A stretch of DNA of 64,000 nucleotides from Alphaproteobacteria bacterium (GTDB lineage Bacteria; Pseudomonadota; Alphaproteobacteria; MPNO01; UBA830). Numbering within the stretch: position 1 is the first letter of the stretch; every line of letters starts with the position of its first letter. Below are positions 8,643-18,613 of this stretch, one piece after another. The position numbers were made by a program, and so were the translations under genes. Location of the stretch: positions 5,664,001 to 5,728,000 of the forward strand of contig OZ251539.1 in the NCBI GenBank assembly GCA_965243135.1, read 5' to 3'. Below the pieces are notes generated by a model that saw nothing but the letters and a program-made list of their open reading frames with translations, did not search any database and was not told the origin of the DNA.

Positions 8643-11375
8643 ATGCCGACCGCGCCGCCCGGTTTCCACGCGCTCGTCGCCGGTCACCGTGGGGCGGTGC
8701 TGGCGAACCCTTCGGGTGCGATCGAAAACCTGTCCGCGAAAGCCGCGCTGGAACGGCTTTCCGACGGCCCGAGGCCGCTTGTCTGCCATGCGCCCTATAC
8801 TTTCCTTCGGCTCGGCGCCGGATCGACGGCGGCGTTCGATCTGCTGGAACTGTTCGCGTTCGTCCGTCCCGCGCGGTTCTGCCGTCCCACGCCCTCCGGG
8901 ATCGCCGAGGCTCTTCTCCTGGACGAGCCGCGGGGAGCGGAACAGGAAGCGCTGTCGCTGCAGCGCGCCGCCGGAGCGTTGCTGGCCGAGCTGGCGGAAC
9001 CCGAGTTCGATCGCGAAGTCGCGGCGGAAACCGCCCGGGAAATGAGAAACTGGATTTGGACGCCGCACGTGTTGCGCGTCCTCGAAGCCGAAACGCCCTC
9101 GGTCATGGGCAGGGCGCCGGGCCTTCACGCCTGGCGGCGGATCGACGAATGGTCTGAACATGCGCCGGCCACGCAGCCGGGAAACCAGCCGGTGTCCGCG
9201 GAAGAAGCGCGCGGCCGCCTCGCCTTGCTGGTCGGCGCCAATGCCGAGGACCGCCCGCAGCAGGGCGATTACGCGTCCGCGGTCAGTCAGGCGTTTTCGG
9301 CCCGCGAGGAAATGGGCGCGCCCAGCGCGATTCTGGCCGAGGCGGGAACCGGAACCGGCAAGACCTTCGGATACGTCGCGTCCGCCAGCCTGTGGGCGGA
9401 GCGGAACCGGGGCCCGGTCTGGATCAGTACCTTCACGCGGAACCTTCAACGCCAGGTCGATCGGGAGCTCGACCGGCTTCATCCCGACCCGGACGTCAAG
9501 AGCCGCAAGGTGGTCGTTCGCAAGGGCCGCGAGAACTATCTGTGCCTGCTAAATTTCGAGGAAGCCGTTTCCAGGTCGTTGCCCCGGGACGCCGTCGCTC
9601 TGGGCTTGATGGCGCGCTGGGTCGAGGCGACCCGCGACGGCGACATGGGCGGAGGGGACTTTCCGGGATGGCTCGTCGATCTCGCGGGCTCCCGCAACAC
9701 GACCGGACTCGCCGACCGGCGCGGCGAATGCATCTATTCGTCCTGCGATCACTACCATAGCTGCTTCGTCGAAAAGGCCGTGCGACGCTCCCGGCGGGCC
9801 GACATCGTGATCGCCAATCACGCGCTCGTGCTCGCTCAGGCAGGCGCCTCGGACGACGGACAATTCCCCACCCGGCTGGTCTTCGACGAGGGGCACCATC
9901 TGTTCGACGCCGCCGACGGAGCCTTCTCGATCCGGTTGAGCGGCCGCGAAGGAGCGGAACTCCGGCGTTGGCTGCTCGGTCCGGAAGACGGCCGGCGCAC
10001 TCGCGCGCGGGGCCTGGAAAGCCGTCTCGAGCGCATCGAGGCGCTGGACGAGCGGAGCGGAGAGCATGTCGAGGAGATAAAGCTCGCCGCGCGGCTTCTG
10101 CCGGGACCGAACTGGGATCGGCGGATTTCCGACGGAAAGGGGCAGGGCGTGGCGGAAGCGTTCCTGCAGGAGGTGCGGAAGCAGGTCTACGCGCGCGCGG
10201 CGAATTCGCAATCCCCCTACGATCTCGAAACCGAAACCGCCGAACCGGTCCCCGGATTGCTCGAGGCGGCGAACGCGCTCAATGCCGCGCTCGACGGCCT
10301 GATCCTTCCCATGAAGAGCCTCGCGCAACGCTTGGCGGTCGTCCTCGACGAGAAGGCGAAAAGTCTCGACACGGCGGCGCGCAACCGGATGGAGAGCGTT
10401 TCCCGAGCGTTGCAGCGGCGCGTCGAAGACGAGTTGCAGGCTTGGAAATCCATGCTCGACGCGCTTGCGGAAGGCGCTTCCGAAGAGTTCGTCGACTGGT
10501 TCTCGGTGGCGCGCCGGCGCGGGCAGGACGTCGACGTCGCGATGCATCGGCACTTCGTCGATCCGATGCTGCCGTTCGCCAGAACGGTGCTGGAGCGGAC
10601 GCATGGAGTCGTGGTCACCTCCGCGACGTTGCGGGACAGCACGGGCGACGCGGAACTCGACTGGGAATCCGCGGAACGGCGCACCGGCGCCGTCCATCTC
10701 GAGAAATCGGCGTTCCGCGCCCAGGTTCCGTCGCCCTACGACTATCCTGCGCAGACGCGCGTCTTCGTCGTGGGAGACGTGAACAGGAACGACGCCGCCC
10801 AGGTCGCCTCGGCCTACCGCGAACTGTTCTTCGCCGCGGGCGGCGGCGGCCTTGGACTGTTCACGGCCATTGCGCGCCTCCGCGCCGTCCACAAGCTGAT
10901 CGCGCCGGCCATGGAGGACGCCGGCTACCCGTTGCTCGCGCAGCACGTCGACCGGATGGACAACGGCAGTCTGGTGGAGATTTTTCGCGCGGAGGAGCGT
11001 TCGTGCCTGCTGGGAACGGACGCGATGCGCGACGGGGTGGACGTGCCCGGCCACAGCCTGCGCCTCATCGTGTTCGAAAGGATGCCATGGCCGGTTCCGA
11101 CGATTCTGCACAAGGCCAGGCGCGCGGCGTTCGGCGGAAATAGTTACGACGACCTGGTCGTGCGGCTTCGTCTCAAGCAGGCGTTCGGGCGGCTCGTTCG
11201 GCGCGCCGCCGACGCGGGCGTATTCGTGATGCTCGACGGCAGAATGCCGTCGCGGCTGGGCGCCGCCTTTCCCGAGGGCGTCCGGATCGTTCGCGCGGGC
11301 CTCTCCGAAACGTTGGCGGAGACCCGGAAGTTTCTGGCGTCCCGGCAAAGCGGTCCCCTGGCGCCGGATTCCTGA
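8643..11375 (+). CDS. DinG/YoaA-family ATP-dependent DNA helicase
   Basis: EAGTGTGKT, KGRENYLC, Fe-S cysteines (CIYSSCDHYHSC), FDEGHH, QAFGRLVRR. Confidence 0.9.
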   Translation: MPTAPPGFHALVAGHRGAVLANPSGAIENLSAKAALERLSDGPRPLVCHAPYTFLRLGAGSTAAFDLLELFAFVRPARFCRPTPSGIAEALLLDEPRGAEQEALSLQRAAGALLAELAEPEFDREVAAETAREMRNWIWTPHVLRVLEAETPSVMGRAPGLHAWRRIDEWSEHAPATQPGNQPVSAEEARGRLALLVGANAEDRPQQGDYASAVSQAFSAREEMGAPSAILAEAGTGTGKTFGYVASASLWAERNRGPVWISTFTRNLQRQVDRELDRLHPDPDVKSRKVVVRKGRENYLCLLNFEEAVSRSLPRDAVALGLMARWVEATRDGDMGGGDFPGWLVDLAGSRNTTGLADRRGECIYSSCDHYHSCFVEKAVRRSRRADIVIANHALVLAQAGASDDGQFPTRLVFDEGHHLFDAADGAFSIRLSGREGAELRRWLLGPEDGRRTRARGLESRLERIEALDERSGEHVEEIKLAARLLPGPNWDRRISDGKGQGVAEAFLQEVRKQVYARAANSQSPYDLETETAEPVPGLLEAANALNAALDGLILPMKSLAQRLAVVLDEKAKSLDTAARNRMESVSRALQRRVEDELQAWKSMLDALAEGASEEFVDWFSVARRRGQDVDVAMHRHFVDPMLPFARTVLERTHGVVVTSATLRDSTGDAELDWESAERRTGAVHLEKSAFRAQVPSPYDYPAQTRVFVVGDVNRNDAAQVASAYRELFFAAGGGGLGLFTAIARLRAVHKLIAPAMEDAGYPLLAQHVDRMDNGSLVEIFRAEERSCLLGTDAMRDGVDVPGHSLRLIVFERMPWPVPTILHKARRAAFGGNSYDDLVVRLRLKQAFGRLVRRAADAGVFVMLDGRMPSRLGAAFPEGVRIVRAGLSETLAETRKFLASRQSGPLAPDS

Positions 11376-11436
11376 AGCGGCGCCTTTCCCGCGGCCGCGC
11401 AGAAAGCCGCGGCCGGCGCGGGTTTTTCGCTCGCGT

Positions 11437-12201
11437 TCACGTCATGCCGAGACGGGCGTAGACGCGGCGGGCGTACGTCCCGAAATTTTCGTGAGTCTTC
11501 ATTTCGAGCGCGCGGGGATAGGGCAGGTCGACGACGAAGTCGTCGGCCATGCGCGCCGGACCGGCGGTCAGCACGACGACGCGGCTCGCGAGGAACACGG
11601 CTTCCTGGATGCCGTGGGTGACGAACACGATGGTCTTGCGGCTTTCCGCCCATATCCGCAGCAGTTCCCGGTTCATGTTTTCGCGGGTCAGCGCGTCGAG
11701 CGCCCCGAACGGTTCGTCCATCAGCACGATTTTGGGATCGTGAATCAGGGAGCGGGCGATCGACGCGCGCTGCTGCATGCCGCCCGACAGTTCGTGCGGA
11801 TAGCTGTCCGCGAAATCGGCCAGCCCGACGAGGTCGAGCAGGCCGCGAGCGCGGTCGCGGGCTTCGCCGCGGGGCAGCCCGAGAATTTCGGCGGGCAGCA
11901 GCACGTTTTCGATCACGCGGCGCCACTTGAGCAGCAGAGGCTGCTGGAAGACCATGCCGACGTCGCGCGCAGGGTCGAAAGGGGCCTCGTCGTTGCCGAT
12001 TTCGACCGTTCCGCCGTCGTGGTCGTAGAGGCCGGCGAGAATCTTCAGCACCGTCGTCTTGCCGCAGCCCGAGGGGCCGACCAGGGAAACCAGCTCGCCT
12101 TCGCCGACGTCGAAACTGACGTCGGAGACCGCAAGGAAGTCGCCGCTCCGCCCGCGGTAGGTCTTGCGAACTCCGGACAGGCGTATGAACGGCGCCGTCA
12201 C
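11437..12201 (-). CDS. ABC transporter ATP-binding protein (NitT/TauT type)
   Basis: GPSGCGKTT, LSGGMQQR, MDEPFGALD. Confidence 0.93.
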   Translation of the reverse strand: MTAPFIRLSGVRKTYRGRSGDFLAVSDVSFDVGEGELVSLVGPSGCGKTTVLKILAGLYDHDGGTVEIGNDEAPFDPARDVGMVFQQPLLLKWRRVIENVLLPAEILGLPRGEARDRARGLLDLVGLADFADSYPHELSGGMQQRASIARSLIHDPKIVLMDEPFGALDALTRENMNRELLRIWAESRKTIVFVTHGIQEAVFLASRVVVLTAGPARMADDFVVDLPYPRALEMKTHENFGTYARRVYARLGMT

Positions 12202-12962
12202 GACGGATCCATCCGCGAATCGCGCGGCACCGCGACGCGCTCGAGAACGAGCACCAATCCGTAGAGCGTCGTCCCGACGAAGGTGATGAGCAGCACCGCC
12301 ATGAACATCGCGGCCGTGTCGAGTTCGACTTGCCGCTGGGTCATCAGGTAGCCGAGACCCTCTTCCGAGGCGATGAATTCGCCGACCACCGCGCCCGCCA
12401 CGGCGAGCACGACGGCGACCTTCATTCCGGAGAATACGTAAGGCAACGAGCCGGGCAGCTGGATCTTGAGGAAGATCTGCCAGCGCGTCGCGCGCAGCGT
12501 GCGCACGAGATCGATCAGATCCGGCTCCACCTCCTTCAACCCGCGCGCCGTGGTGATGAGGATCGGCAGGAAGCTGATCGAAAAGGCCATCAGGACGTTG
12601 GATCCGAGCCCGTAGGAAAACCAGACGATGAAGATCGGACCCAAGGCCACCTTCGGAATCATGTTGATGCTGACCATCAGCGGCATCAGGGCGGCGTCGA
12701 GAACGCGCGACCAGGAAAACAGCAGCGCCATGACGACGCCGAACGCGACCGCCAGGAAGTAGCCGCCGAAGATTTCCGCGGCCGTGAACGCGGTGTTGTG
12801 AAACCAGGCGTTGTCGTCGAGCAGGGTGCGAACGGTCGCGACCGGACTCGGCATGATGTAGGGCTCGACCTCGCCCAGCTGCACGAACGCCTGCCAGACG
12901 CCGATCAGCCCGGCGTGGGAGAGAACGGCGATCGCGTAGCGCCGGAAGGATCCCGGATTCAT
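12198..12962 (-). CDS. ABC transporter permease (NitT/TauT type)
   Basis: Hydrophobic; PKVALGP, LPGSLPYVFSGMK, GAVVGEF..GLGY. Confidence 0.92.
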   Translation of the reverse strand: MNPGSFRRYAIAVLSHAGLIGVWQAFVQLGEVEPYIMPSPVATVRTLLDDNAWFHNTAFTAAEIFGGYFLAVAFGVVMALLFSWSRVLDAALMPLMVSINMIPKVALGPIFIVWFSYGLGSNVLMAFSISFLPILITTARGLKEVEPDLIDLVRTLRATRWQIFLKIQLPGSLPYVFSGMKVAVVLAVAGAVVGEFIASEEGLGYLMTQRQVELDTAAMFMAVLLITFVGTTLYGLVLVLERVAVPRDSRMDPS

Positions 12963-14023
12963 TCGAAAAGCCAGCGTTCGAGGTTTGCGCCGACGAAGGC
13001 GTCGTCCGTCATTTCAGGATAGCACGCGGCGACGCGGGCGATCGCGTCGGCCTGGCCGGGGCTGAGGGTTTCTTCGGGATCGAGGCACCAGACGCCTTCC
13101 AGCAGCCCCTGGCGGCGCAGCACCTCGTGGCAGCCCGGGATGCAGCCGGCGAAACCGTTGGCGGCGTCGAATATCGCCCGGTTGCAGTCCGTCAGCCGGG
13201 CCGCGTCCGCGAGCAGTTCGGCCGGGACGGCGCCGGAGGCGGTCGCCTCGCGGACGCGCGCGAGCGTTTCCACCGCCTTCGAGGTCCAGACGCTCCACTG
13301 TCCGAGAAGGCCGCCGCGGATGCGCAGGCAGGCGGCTCCGCCGTCGCCGGCGACGGTCAACGGCGCCAGCAGGTCGAGGAGGATGTGATCGTCGTTTCCC
13401 GTGTAGAGCGTTATCCGCTCTTCCGCTCCCGCCGCGGCGACGCCGGCCGCGACTTCGAGCGTCCGGTATCGATCGAACGGCGCGATCTTGATCGCGAGCA
13501 CGTTGTCGATCTCCGCGAAGCGCTTCCAAAACGCTTCGCCGAGCCGAATGCCGCCCGCGGCGGGCTGAAGGTAGAACCCGACCAGCGGGATCTCGGCCGC
13601 CACCGCGGCGCAATGCCCAACGAGTTCGTCCTCGGACGCGCCCCGCATCGCGGAGAGGCTGAGCAGCCCGGCGTGATAGCCGAGCGAGAGCGCGGCGCGC
13701 GCTTCCGCCAGCGCCTGATCCGTGCGGCCGCACAGGCCGGCGATCATCGCCACTTCCCTGGCCGTCCAGTGCGCCGCGGCGTTCGCCGCGCTTTCCAGCA
13801 CGGCCGTATACAATCCGGCCTCGCGGATGGCGAACTGCGTCGCGTGCACGCCGACGGCAAGCCCGCCGACGCCGGAATCCAGGTAGTAGCGGGTCAGCGC
13901 GCGCTGGCGGCGAGGGTCGAAACGGCGGTCGGCGTCGAGGGCGAGCGGATGCGCCGGAATTACCGCCCCTTCGGCGACGGCGGAGCGCACGCCGGGAGCG
14001 AGCCGGTTCAGGTGGAGCGCCAT
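12959..14023 (-). CDS. Dihydrodipicolinate synthase (DapA-like) family aldolase/lyase
   Basis: VIPAHPLAL, GLAVGVHATQF, GFYLQ, AIKIAPF (Schiff-base Lys), YTGNDD. Confidence 0.85.
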   Translation of the reverse strand: MALHLNRLAPGVRSAVAEGAVIPAHPLALDADRRFDPRRQRALTRYYLDSGVGGLAVGVHATQFAIREAGLYTAVLESAANAAAHWTAREVAMIAGLCGRTDQALAEARAALSLGYHAGLLSLSAMRGASEDELVGHCAAVAAEIPLVGFYLQPAAGGIRLGEAFWKRFAEIDNVLAIKIAPFDRYRTLEVAAGVAAAGAEERITLYTGNDDHILLDLLAPLTVAGDGGAACLRIRGGLLGQWSVWTSKAVETLARVREATASGAVPAELLADAARLTDCNRAIFDAANGFAGCIPGCHEVLRRQGLLEGVWCLDPEETLSPGQADAIARVAACYPEMTDDAFVGANLERWLFE

Positions 14024-14143
14024 GACCTGGAAGCGTCCGTTGACGAAGCAGCCTGAAGGACCATACGATATTCGCGTTTCCGCGCCGAGAGACGCAAACA
14101 TAAACGAGACGCGCGGGCGCACCAAACCGGGAGGCAAGGCATC

Positions 14144-15127
14144 ATGAAACGCATTCTTTTGGCCGCGTTCGCGGCGGTCGTTTGGCAGGTTCCGCTCCAT
14201 GCGGCGGAAAAGGTCGACTTCATCCTCAACTGGGTCGCCGGCGGCGACCATGCGCCCATCTACAGGGCGAAGGCCGACGGGCGCTACGCGAAGGCCGGGA
14301 TCGACCTCACGATCTCGCAGGGCAAGGGCTCCACGTTGTCGTCGCAGCGCGTCGGACTTGGCAAGAACCAGCTCGGGATCGCCGATCTCGGCACGGCGCT
14401 GGTCGCCAAGGGGGCGGGCGCCGATCTCGTCGCCGTCATGAACATCTACGCGAATTCGCCCTACGGCATGTACTGGTTGAAGAGTTCCGGCATCAAGGGC
14501 GTGAAGGACTTCGCCGGCAAGAAGATCGGCAATCCGCCGTGGGACGCGGCGCGCAAGATGTGGCCGGCCCTGGCCAAGGCGGTCGGCGTGGATCCGAAAT
14601 CCGTCCGCTGGGTGAACGTCGACCCCAACGCCAAGATCGCGGCGCTGAAGTCGGGCAGCATCGACGTGACGACGTCCTTCTACAACATTCACTTCATTTT
14701 CCAGGGCGTGCTGGGCGACGACATGGGCTTCCTTCCCTGGCGCGACCACGGCATCAACCCCTACGGCAATTCGATCGTCGCGAACGGCAAGTACCTCGCC
14801 GACAATCGGGACGCGGTCGAGAAATTCGTCCGCGTCACGCAGAAGGCCTACGCCGAATGCGCCGTCGAGCCCGCGCCCTGCATCGCCGCGCTGGTCGAGG
14901 CCAATTCGGGGCTCAAGGCCGATACGTCGATGAAGAACTGGAAGCTCGTCGAGGAGTTGATGAGCGACGAGGTCTCGCGCGGCAAGGCGCTCGGTTATTT
15001 CGATCCGGGGCGCATGACGAGCGATTACGAAATGGTCGAGACCTATTTCGCGCTCAAGGAGCCGTTCGAAATCGGGACCGCGTACACGAACGCGTTTCTC
15101 GACATGAGCGTCAAGATGCCGAAATAG
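14144..15127 (+). CDS. ABC substrate-binding protein (NMT1/THI5/SsuA-like)
   Basis: Signal peptide; FILNW...HAPIY..A...G.Y...GIDLTI..GKGS. Confidence 0.88.
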   Translation: MKRILLAAFAAVVWQVPLHAAEKVDFILNWVAGGDHAPIYRAKADGRYAKAGIDLTISQGKGSTLSSQRVGLGKNQLGIADLGTALVAKGAGADLVAVMNIYANSPYGMYWLKSSGIKGVKDFAGKKIGNPPWDAARKMWPALAKAVGVDPKSVRWVNVDPNAKIAALKSGSIDVTTSFYNIHFIFQGVLGDDMGFLPWRDHGINPYGNSIVANGKYLADNRDAVEKFVRVTQKAYAECAVEPAPCIAALVEANSGLKADTSMKNWKLVEELMSDEVSRGKALGYFDPGRMTSDYEMVETYFALKEPFEIGTAYTNAFLDMSVKMPK

Positions 15128-15139
15128 CGCCCGGCGGCC

Positions 15140-16165
15140 ATGGGGGATCGGCCGCGGCGCTTCGCCGACGCGGAGGCGCTCGAAGACTTCATGACGGCGC
15201 CGCGGCCGGAACTGCCGCGCGACCTCGCGGCCGCGCCGGGGGACATTCTCGTTCTCGGAGCGGGCGGCAAGATGGGGCCGACGCTGGCCCGCCTCGCGAA
15301 GCGCGCGGCGCCGGACAGGCGCGTCGTCGCGGTCTCGCGCTTTTCCGAACCGAAGCTGCGCGAGTCGCTCGAAGGTCACGGCGTCGAAACGATCGCATGC
15401 GACCTGCTCGATCGCGGGGCGGTCGAGGCGCTGCCGCGGTTGGCCAACGTGATTTTCATGGCGGGCCGCAAGTTCGGCGCGAGCGGCGACCTGCCCTTGA
15501 CGTGGGCGATGAACGCCCACGTTCCGGCGATCGTCGCCGAGACGTTTCGCGAAAGCCGGATCGTCGCGTTCTCCACCGGCAACGTCTACCCGCACGTGCC
15601 TGTCGCCGGCGGCGGCGCGCGGGAGGACACGCCGCCTTGCGGGATCGGCGAATACGCGCAGTCATGTCTCGGTCGCGAGCGCCTTTTCTCGTATTTTTCG
15701 CAGCGGTTCGGAACCCCGGGACGGCTGATCCGGCTCAACTACGCGATCGATCTCCGTTACGGCGTTCTCCACGACATCGCCGTCAAGGTGGCGGAAGGAG
15801 CGCCGATCGACCTGACCGCCGGCCACGTGAACGTCATCTGGCAGGGCGACGCGAACAGCCACGCCCTTCGCGCGTTGCGTCATTGCACGGTTCCCGCGAC
15901 CCCGCTCAACGTCACCGGACCGGAAACCGCGAGCGTGCGGACGATCGCGAGCGCGATGGCGGAACGGCTCGGCCGCGAGCCCCGCTTCGCGGGCGTCGAG
16001 GCGGCGCGGGGATGGCTGAACGACGCCGGCGAGGCCGCGCGCCTGTTCGGCTCCCCGAGCGTGCGACTGTCGACGATGATCGAGTGGGTCGCGGACTGGG
16101 TGGCTTCAGGCGGCGAATCCCTGGGCAAGCCGACGGCGTACGAGGTTCGGGACGGGTCGTTCTGA
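15140..16165 (+). CDS. NAD-dependent epimerase/dehydratase
   Basis: LGAGGKMG Rossmann motif, STGNVY, RLNYAIDLRYGVL. Confidence 0.85.
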   Translation: MGDRPRRFADAEALEDFMTAPRPELPRDLAAAPGDILVLGAGGKMGPTLARLAKRAAPDRRVVAVSRFSEPKLRESLEGHGVETIACDLLDRGAVEALPRLANVIFMAGRKFGASGDLPLTWAMNAHVPAIVAETFRESRIVAFSTGNVYPHVPVAGGGAREDTPPCGIGEYAQSCLGRERLFSYFSQRFGTPGRLIRLNYAIDLRYGVLHDIAVKVAEGAPIDLTAGHVNVIWQGDANSHALRALRHCTVPATPLNVTGPETASVRTIASAMAERLGREPRFAGVEAARGWLNDAGEAARLFGSPSVRLSTMIEWVADWVASGGESLGKPTAYEVRDGSF

Positions 16166-16203
16166 CGGGCCGGCGCCGCGGGCGGAAGGGACGGCCGGCC
16201 GGT

Positions 16204-17925
16204 TCACGGAACGGCGACCGCGCTTTCCGCCGTCTGCGCGATCGCGTCGAGCTTTTCCCGGATTTCCGAATCCATTTCGTTCTCCGGGACGTGCCAGGCG
16301 AGCTCGTAGAAGTTCTTCTTGTTCATGAGGTTCGGCAGGCCGAGCTCCCGAAAGTACGCGGCGAACAGCGGAGCAAGGAAGTCGTCGCTCACCTTGGCGT
16401 CCGCTCCCCATGGCGATCCCCTGCCCAGGGTTTCCATCGCTTTTTCGATTTCGCCGACCGCTTTGTCCATTGCCCGCGATCGCCTGCCCGTTTCGGCCGC
16501 CGTGAACAACGGCATCGGTTCGTCGTCCGCTGCGGATGCGCGCGCATAGGCGTTCAACGCCGCCCGCGTGCAGAAATAGTTTTCGATTTCCCGTTTTCTC
16601 CAGATCAGGCGGCGGAGCGGTCCGTCTTCCTCAGCCCGGTTTTCCAGTCGATCGAACAAGGCCACGCCCTTGAGGTCTGGCAATGCTTCCCTGAGGCCGT
16701 AGTAATGCCTTTCCGCTTCGCTCGGCCGGTTTCCGACGTAATGCACGAAGGGGCGTTCGAGCGCCCGCATTGCCCCCTCATGGCCGAGACGCTCGGCGAA
16801 CGCCTGCAATATGGCGAGGTCGGTCGATCCCTCAAGGTAGAGCACCCATCCGTTCTGTTCCGCCTGATAATACTGGTCGGCTTCCGCGAGCGCCTTGCGC
16901 ACCTGGCTGGTTCCGCCCCTGATTGGGTGCGGTGCGCCGACGAAAGCGACGACGAGATCCCTTTCGGCCGCTTCGTTCAGGAGCACCTCGGAGTGACTCG
17001 CCGCGACGATCTGGCTTCCCTGTTCCGCGGCTACCTCCGTCAGCAGTCCGTAAGTCTGGCGCTGGCGCAGGATCTCAAGATGCGCATCCGGCTCGTCGAG
17101 GAGCACGACCGCGCCGCGATTGGCGTACATGTACGCCAGAAGCAGCAGCGTTTGTTGCAGCCCCCGTCCGCTCGAAGAGATATCGAGCGTGATTCCGTTT
17201 TCCTGGTAGGTCATCTCGATTTCGCCCCGTTCCTCCACGTAGCGGGGCTCGTCGAGCTTGGCGCCGAAGAGGGATTCCGTCCGATCGGCGAGGAGTTTCC
17301 ATCGTTCTCCGCTTTCTTTCAGAACTCGGTAGCAGAGGTTGCGCAGCACGTCCGCCGTTCGGCCCTCGCCGATCCTGACGTTGACCGCGCCGGGGTCCAG
17401 CCGCGTTTCCGCCGCCGCAAGGCCCGACATGGGAGGGAGGAAGGTGATTCGGGCCGACCGGGCCGCATCCGGAATCGGCATGCGTTCTCCGTTTTCGCCG
17501 TTTCTCAGCGGTCGGCAGTAGAACGATTCCTCGTTCGCGTAGTCGAACTCCAGTCCGCAGGCCCACGCGGCGTCGGCGGAAACTCCCTCGACGATCACGT
17601 CGATCCTGACGTTGGTCGTCCGCTGCCGGCCTCCGTCCGCGCGCACGTCGCGCGTGCGCAGTCCGCGCCAGAGAAAGGCGGCGCTCGGAACGGGAATCGC
17701 CAGGACATCCTTGCGGTTGACGGTAACGCCGGGACGCTTCTCCGGCGTGGATTTTCCGGAGCGCTTCTCGTTCCAGCGTCTCAGGCCCGTGTCCCAGAGG
17801 GCCAGCGCCTGCATGGCGGAAGTCTTGCCGGAGTTGTTCGGACCGATGAAGACCACCGGATTTCCGAGCTCGATATCGACGCTCTCGAAGCGCTTGAAAT
17901 TCCGGATGATCAATCTGGTCAGCAT
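16204..17925 (-). CDS. ABC/AAA-type ATPase with TOPRIM-like C-terminus (OLD-family-like)
   Basis: IRNFKRF, GPNNSGKTS, SSGRG signature, LLDEPDAHL, ASHS, VLYLEGSTD and ALFDR TOPRIM-like motifs. Confidence 0.8.
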   Translation of the reverse strand: MLTRLIIRNFKRFESVDIELGNPVVFIGPNNSGKTSAMQALALWDTGLRRWNEKRSGKSTPEKRPGVTVNRKDVLAIPVPSAAFLWRGLRTRDVRADGGRQRTTNVRIDVIVEGVSADAAWACGLEFDYANEESFYCRPLRNGENGERMPIPDAARSARITFLPPMSGLAAAETRLDPGAVNVRIGEGRTADVLRNLCYRVLKESGERWKLLADRTESLFGAKLDEPRYVEERGEIEMTYQENGITLDISSSGRGLQQTLLLLAYMYANRGAVVLLDEPDAHLEILRQRQTYGLLTEVAAEQGSQIVAASHSEVLLNEAAERDLVVAFVGAPHPIRGGTSQVRKALAEADQYYQAEQNGWVLYLEGSTDLAILQAFAERLGHEGAMRALERPFVHYVGNRPSEAERHYYGLREALPDLKGVALFDRLENRAEEDGPLRRLIWRKREIENYFCTRAALNAYARASAADDEPMPLFTAAETGRRSRAMDKAVGEIEKAMETLGRGSPWGADAKVSDDFLAPLFAAYFRELGLPNLMNKKNFYELAWHVPENEMDSEIREKLDAIAQTAESAVAVP

Positions 17926-18613
17926 CGGCGCTTTCCACTCTTCCGGTTCCTGGCGGCGGAGGGCGCCATTTTCGAAGCGGCGCCGAAAGGGACAGTCGGC
18001 CGGACGGCCTCCTTCGGCGCCGCGGGAGCAGAAGATACACTTGGCGCACGGCGATCGCCACGAACGGGGCGGAACCGGAAAAACGCTTGCGGAAACCATC
18101 GTTCGCCGCGCCGGCCAGGCCGGAGCGTTCGGAATCATCCGTTTCCAGGCTGTGCCCAAGGTGATTCCACGCTGACTCTGCGTTGCATTTCGGGGTTTCC
18201 GGTTGCCTCCGGCTTTCGCGAGCCGCTTCGGTTACTTCCAAGCCATGGTTTCGAACGAGCCTTGGACATGGAGGACCTTTCGGCGGCGGAAGCCCGCACG
18301 CTCGGCCGCGCGACCGGGACGCTCTCGTTCTACGGAACCGTTGCCCGGCGTTCAGGCGTTTCGCCGCTTGGTCGTCGCGCGCGCCGGAAGGACTTCCGTC
18401 GCCGAACCGGCTACAGGTGCTTGATGGCGGCGAGGCCTGCCACGACGATCATCGTCGTCCTGGTTTCGAGGCGCGCGATATTGGCTCCTTGGCGAGGGCG
18501 TCGATCTTGCCGTCGAGGCTCGCGAACATGGTCAAGTGCGAGCGGAGTACAGCAGGATTTTCGCGGAGCGAAAGGCTCGCTCGCACCCGCGCGCTTTTCC
18601 CCGCCGGCCACCG

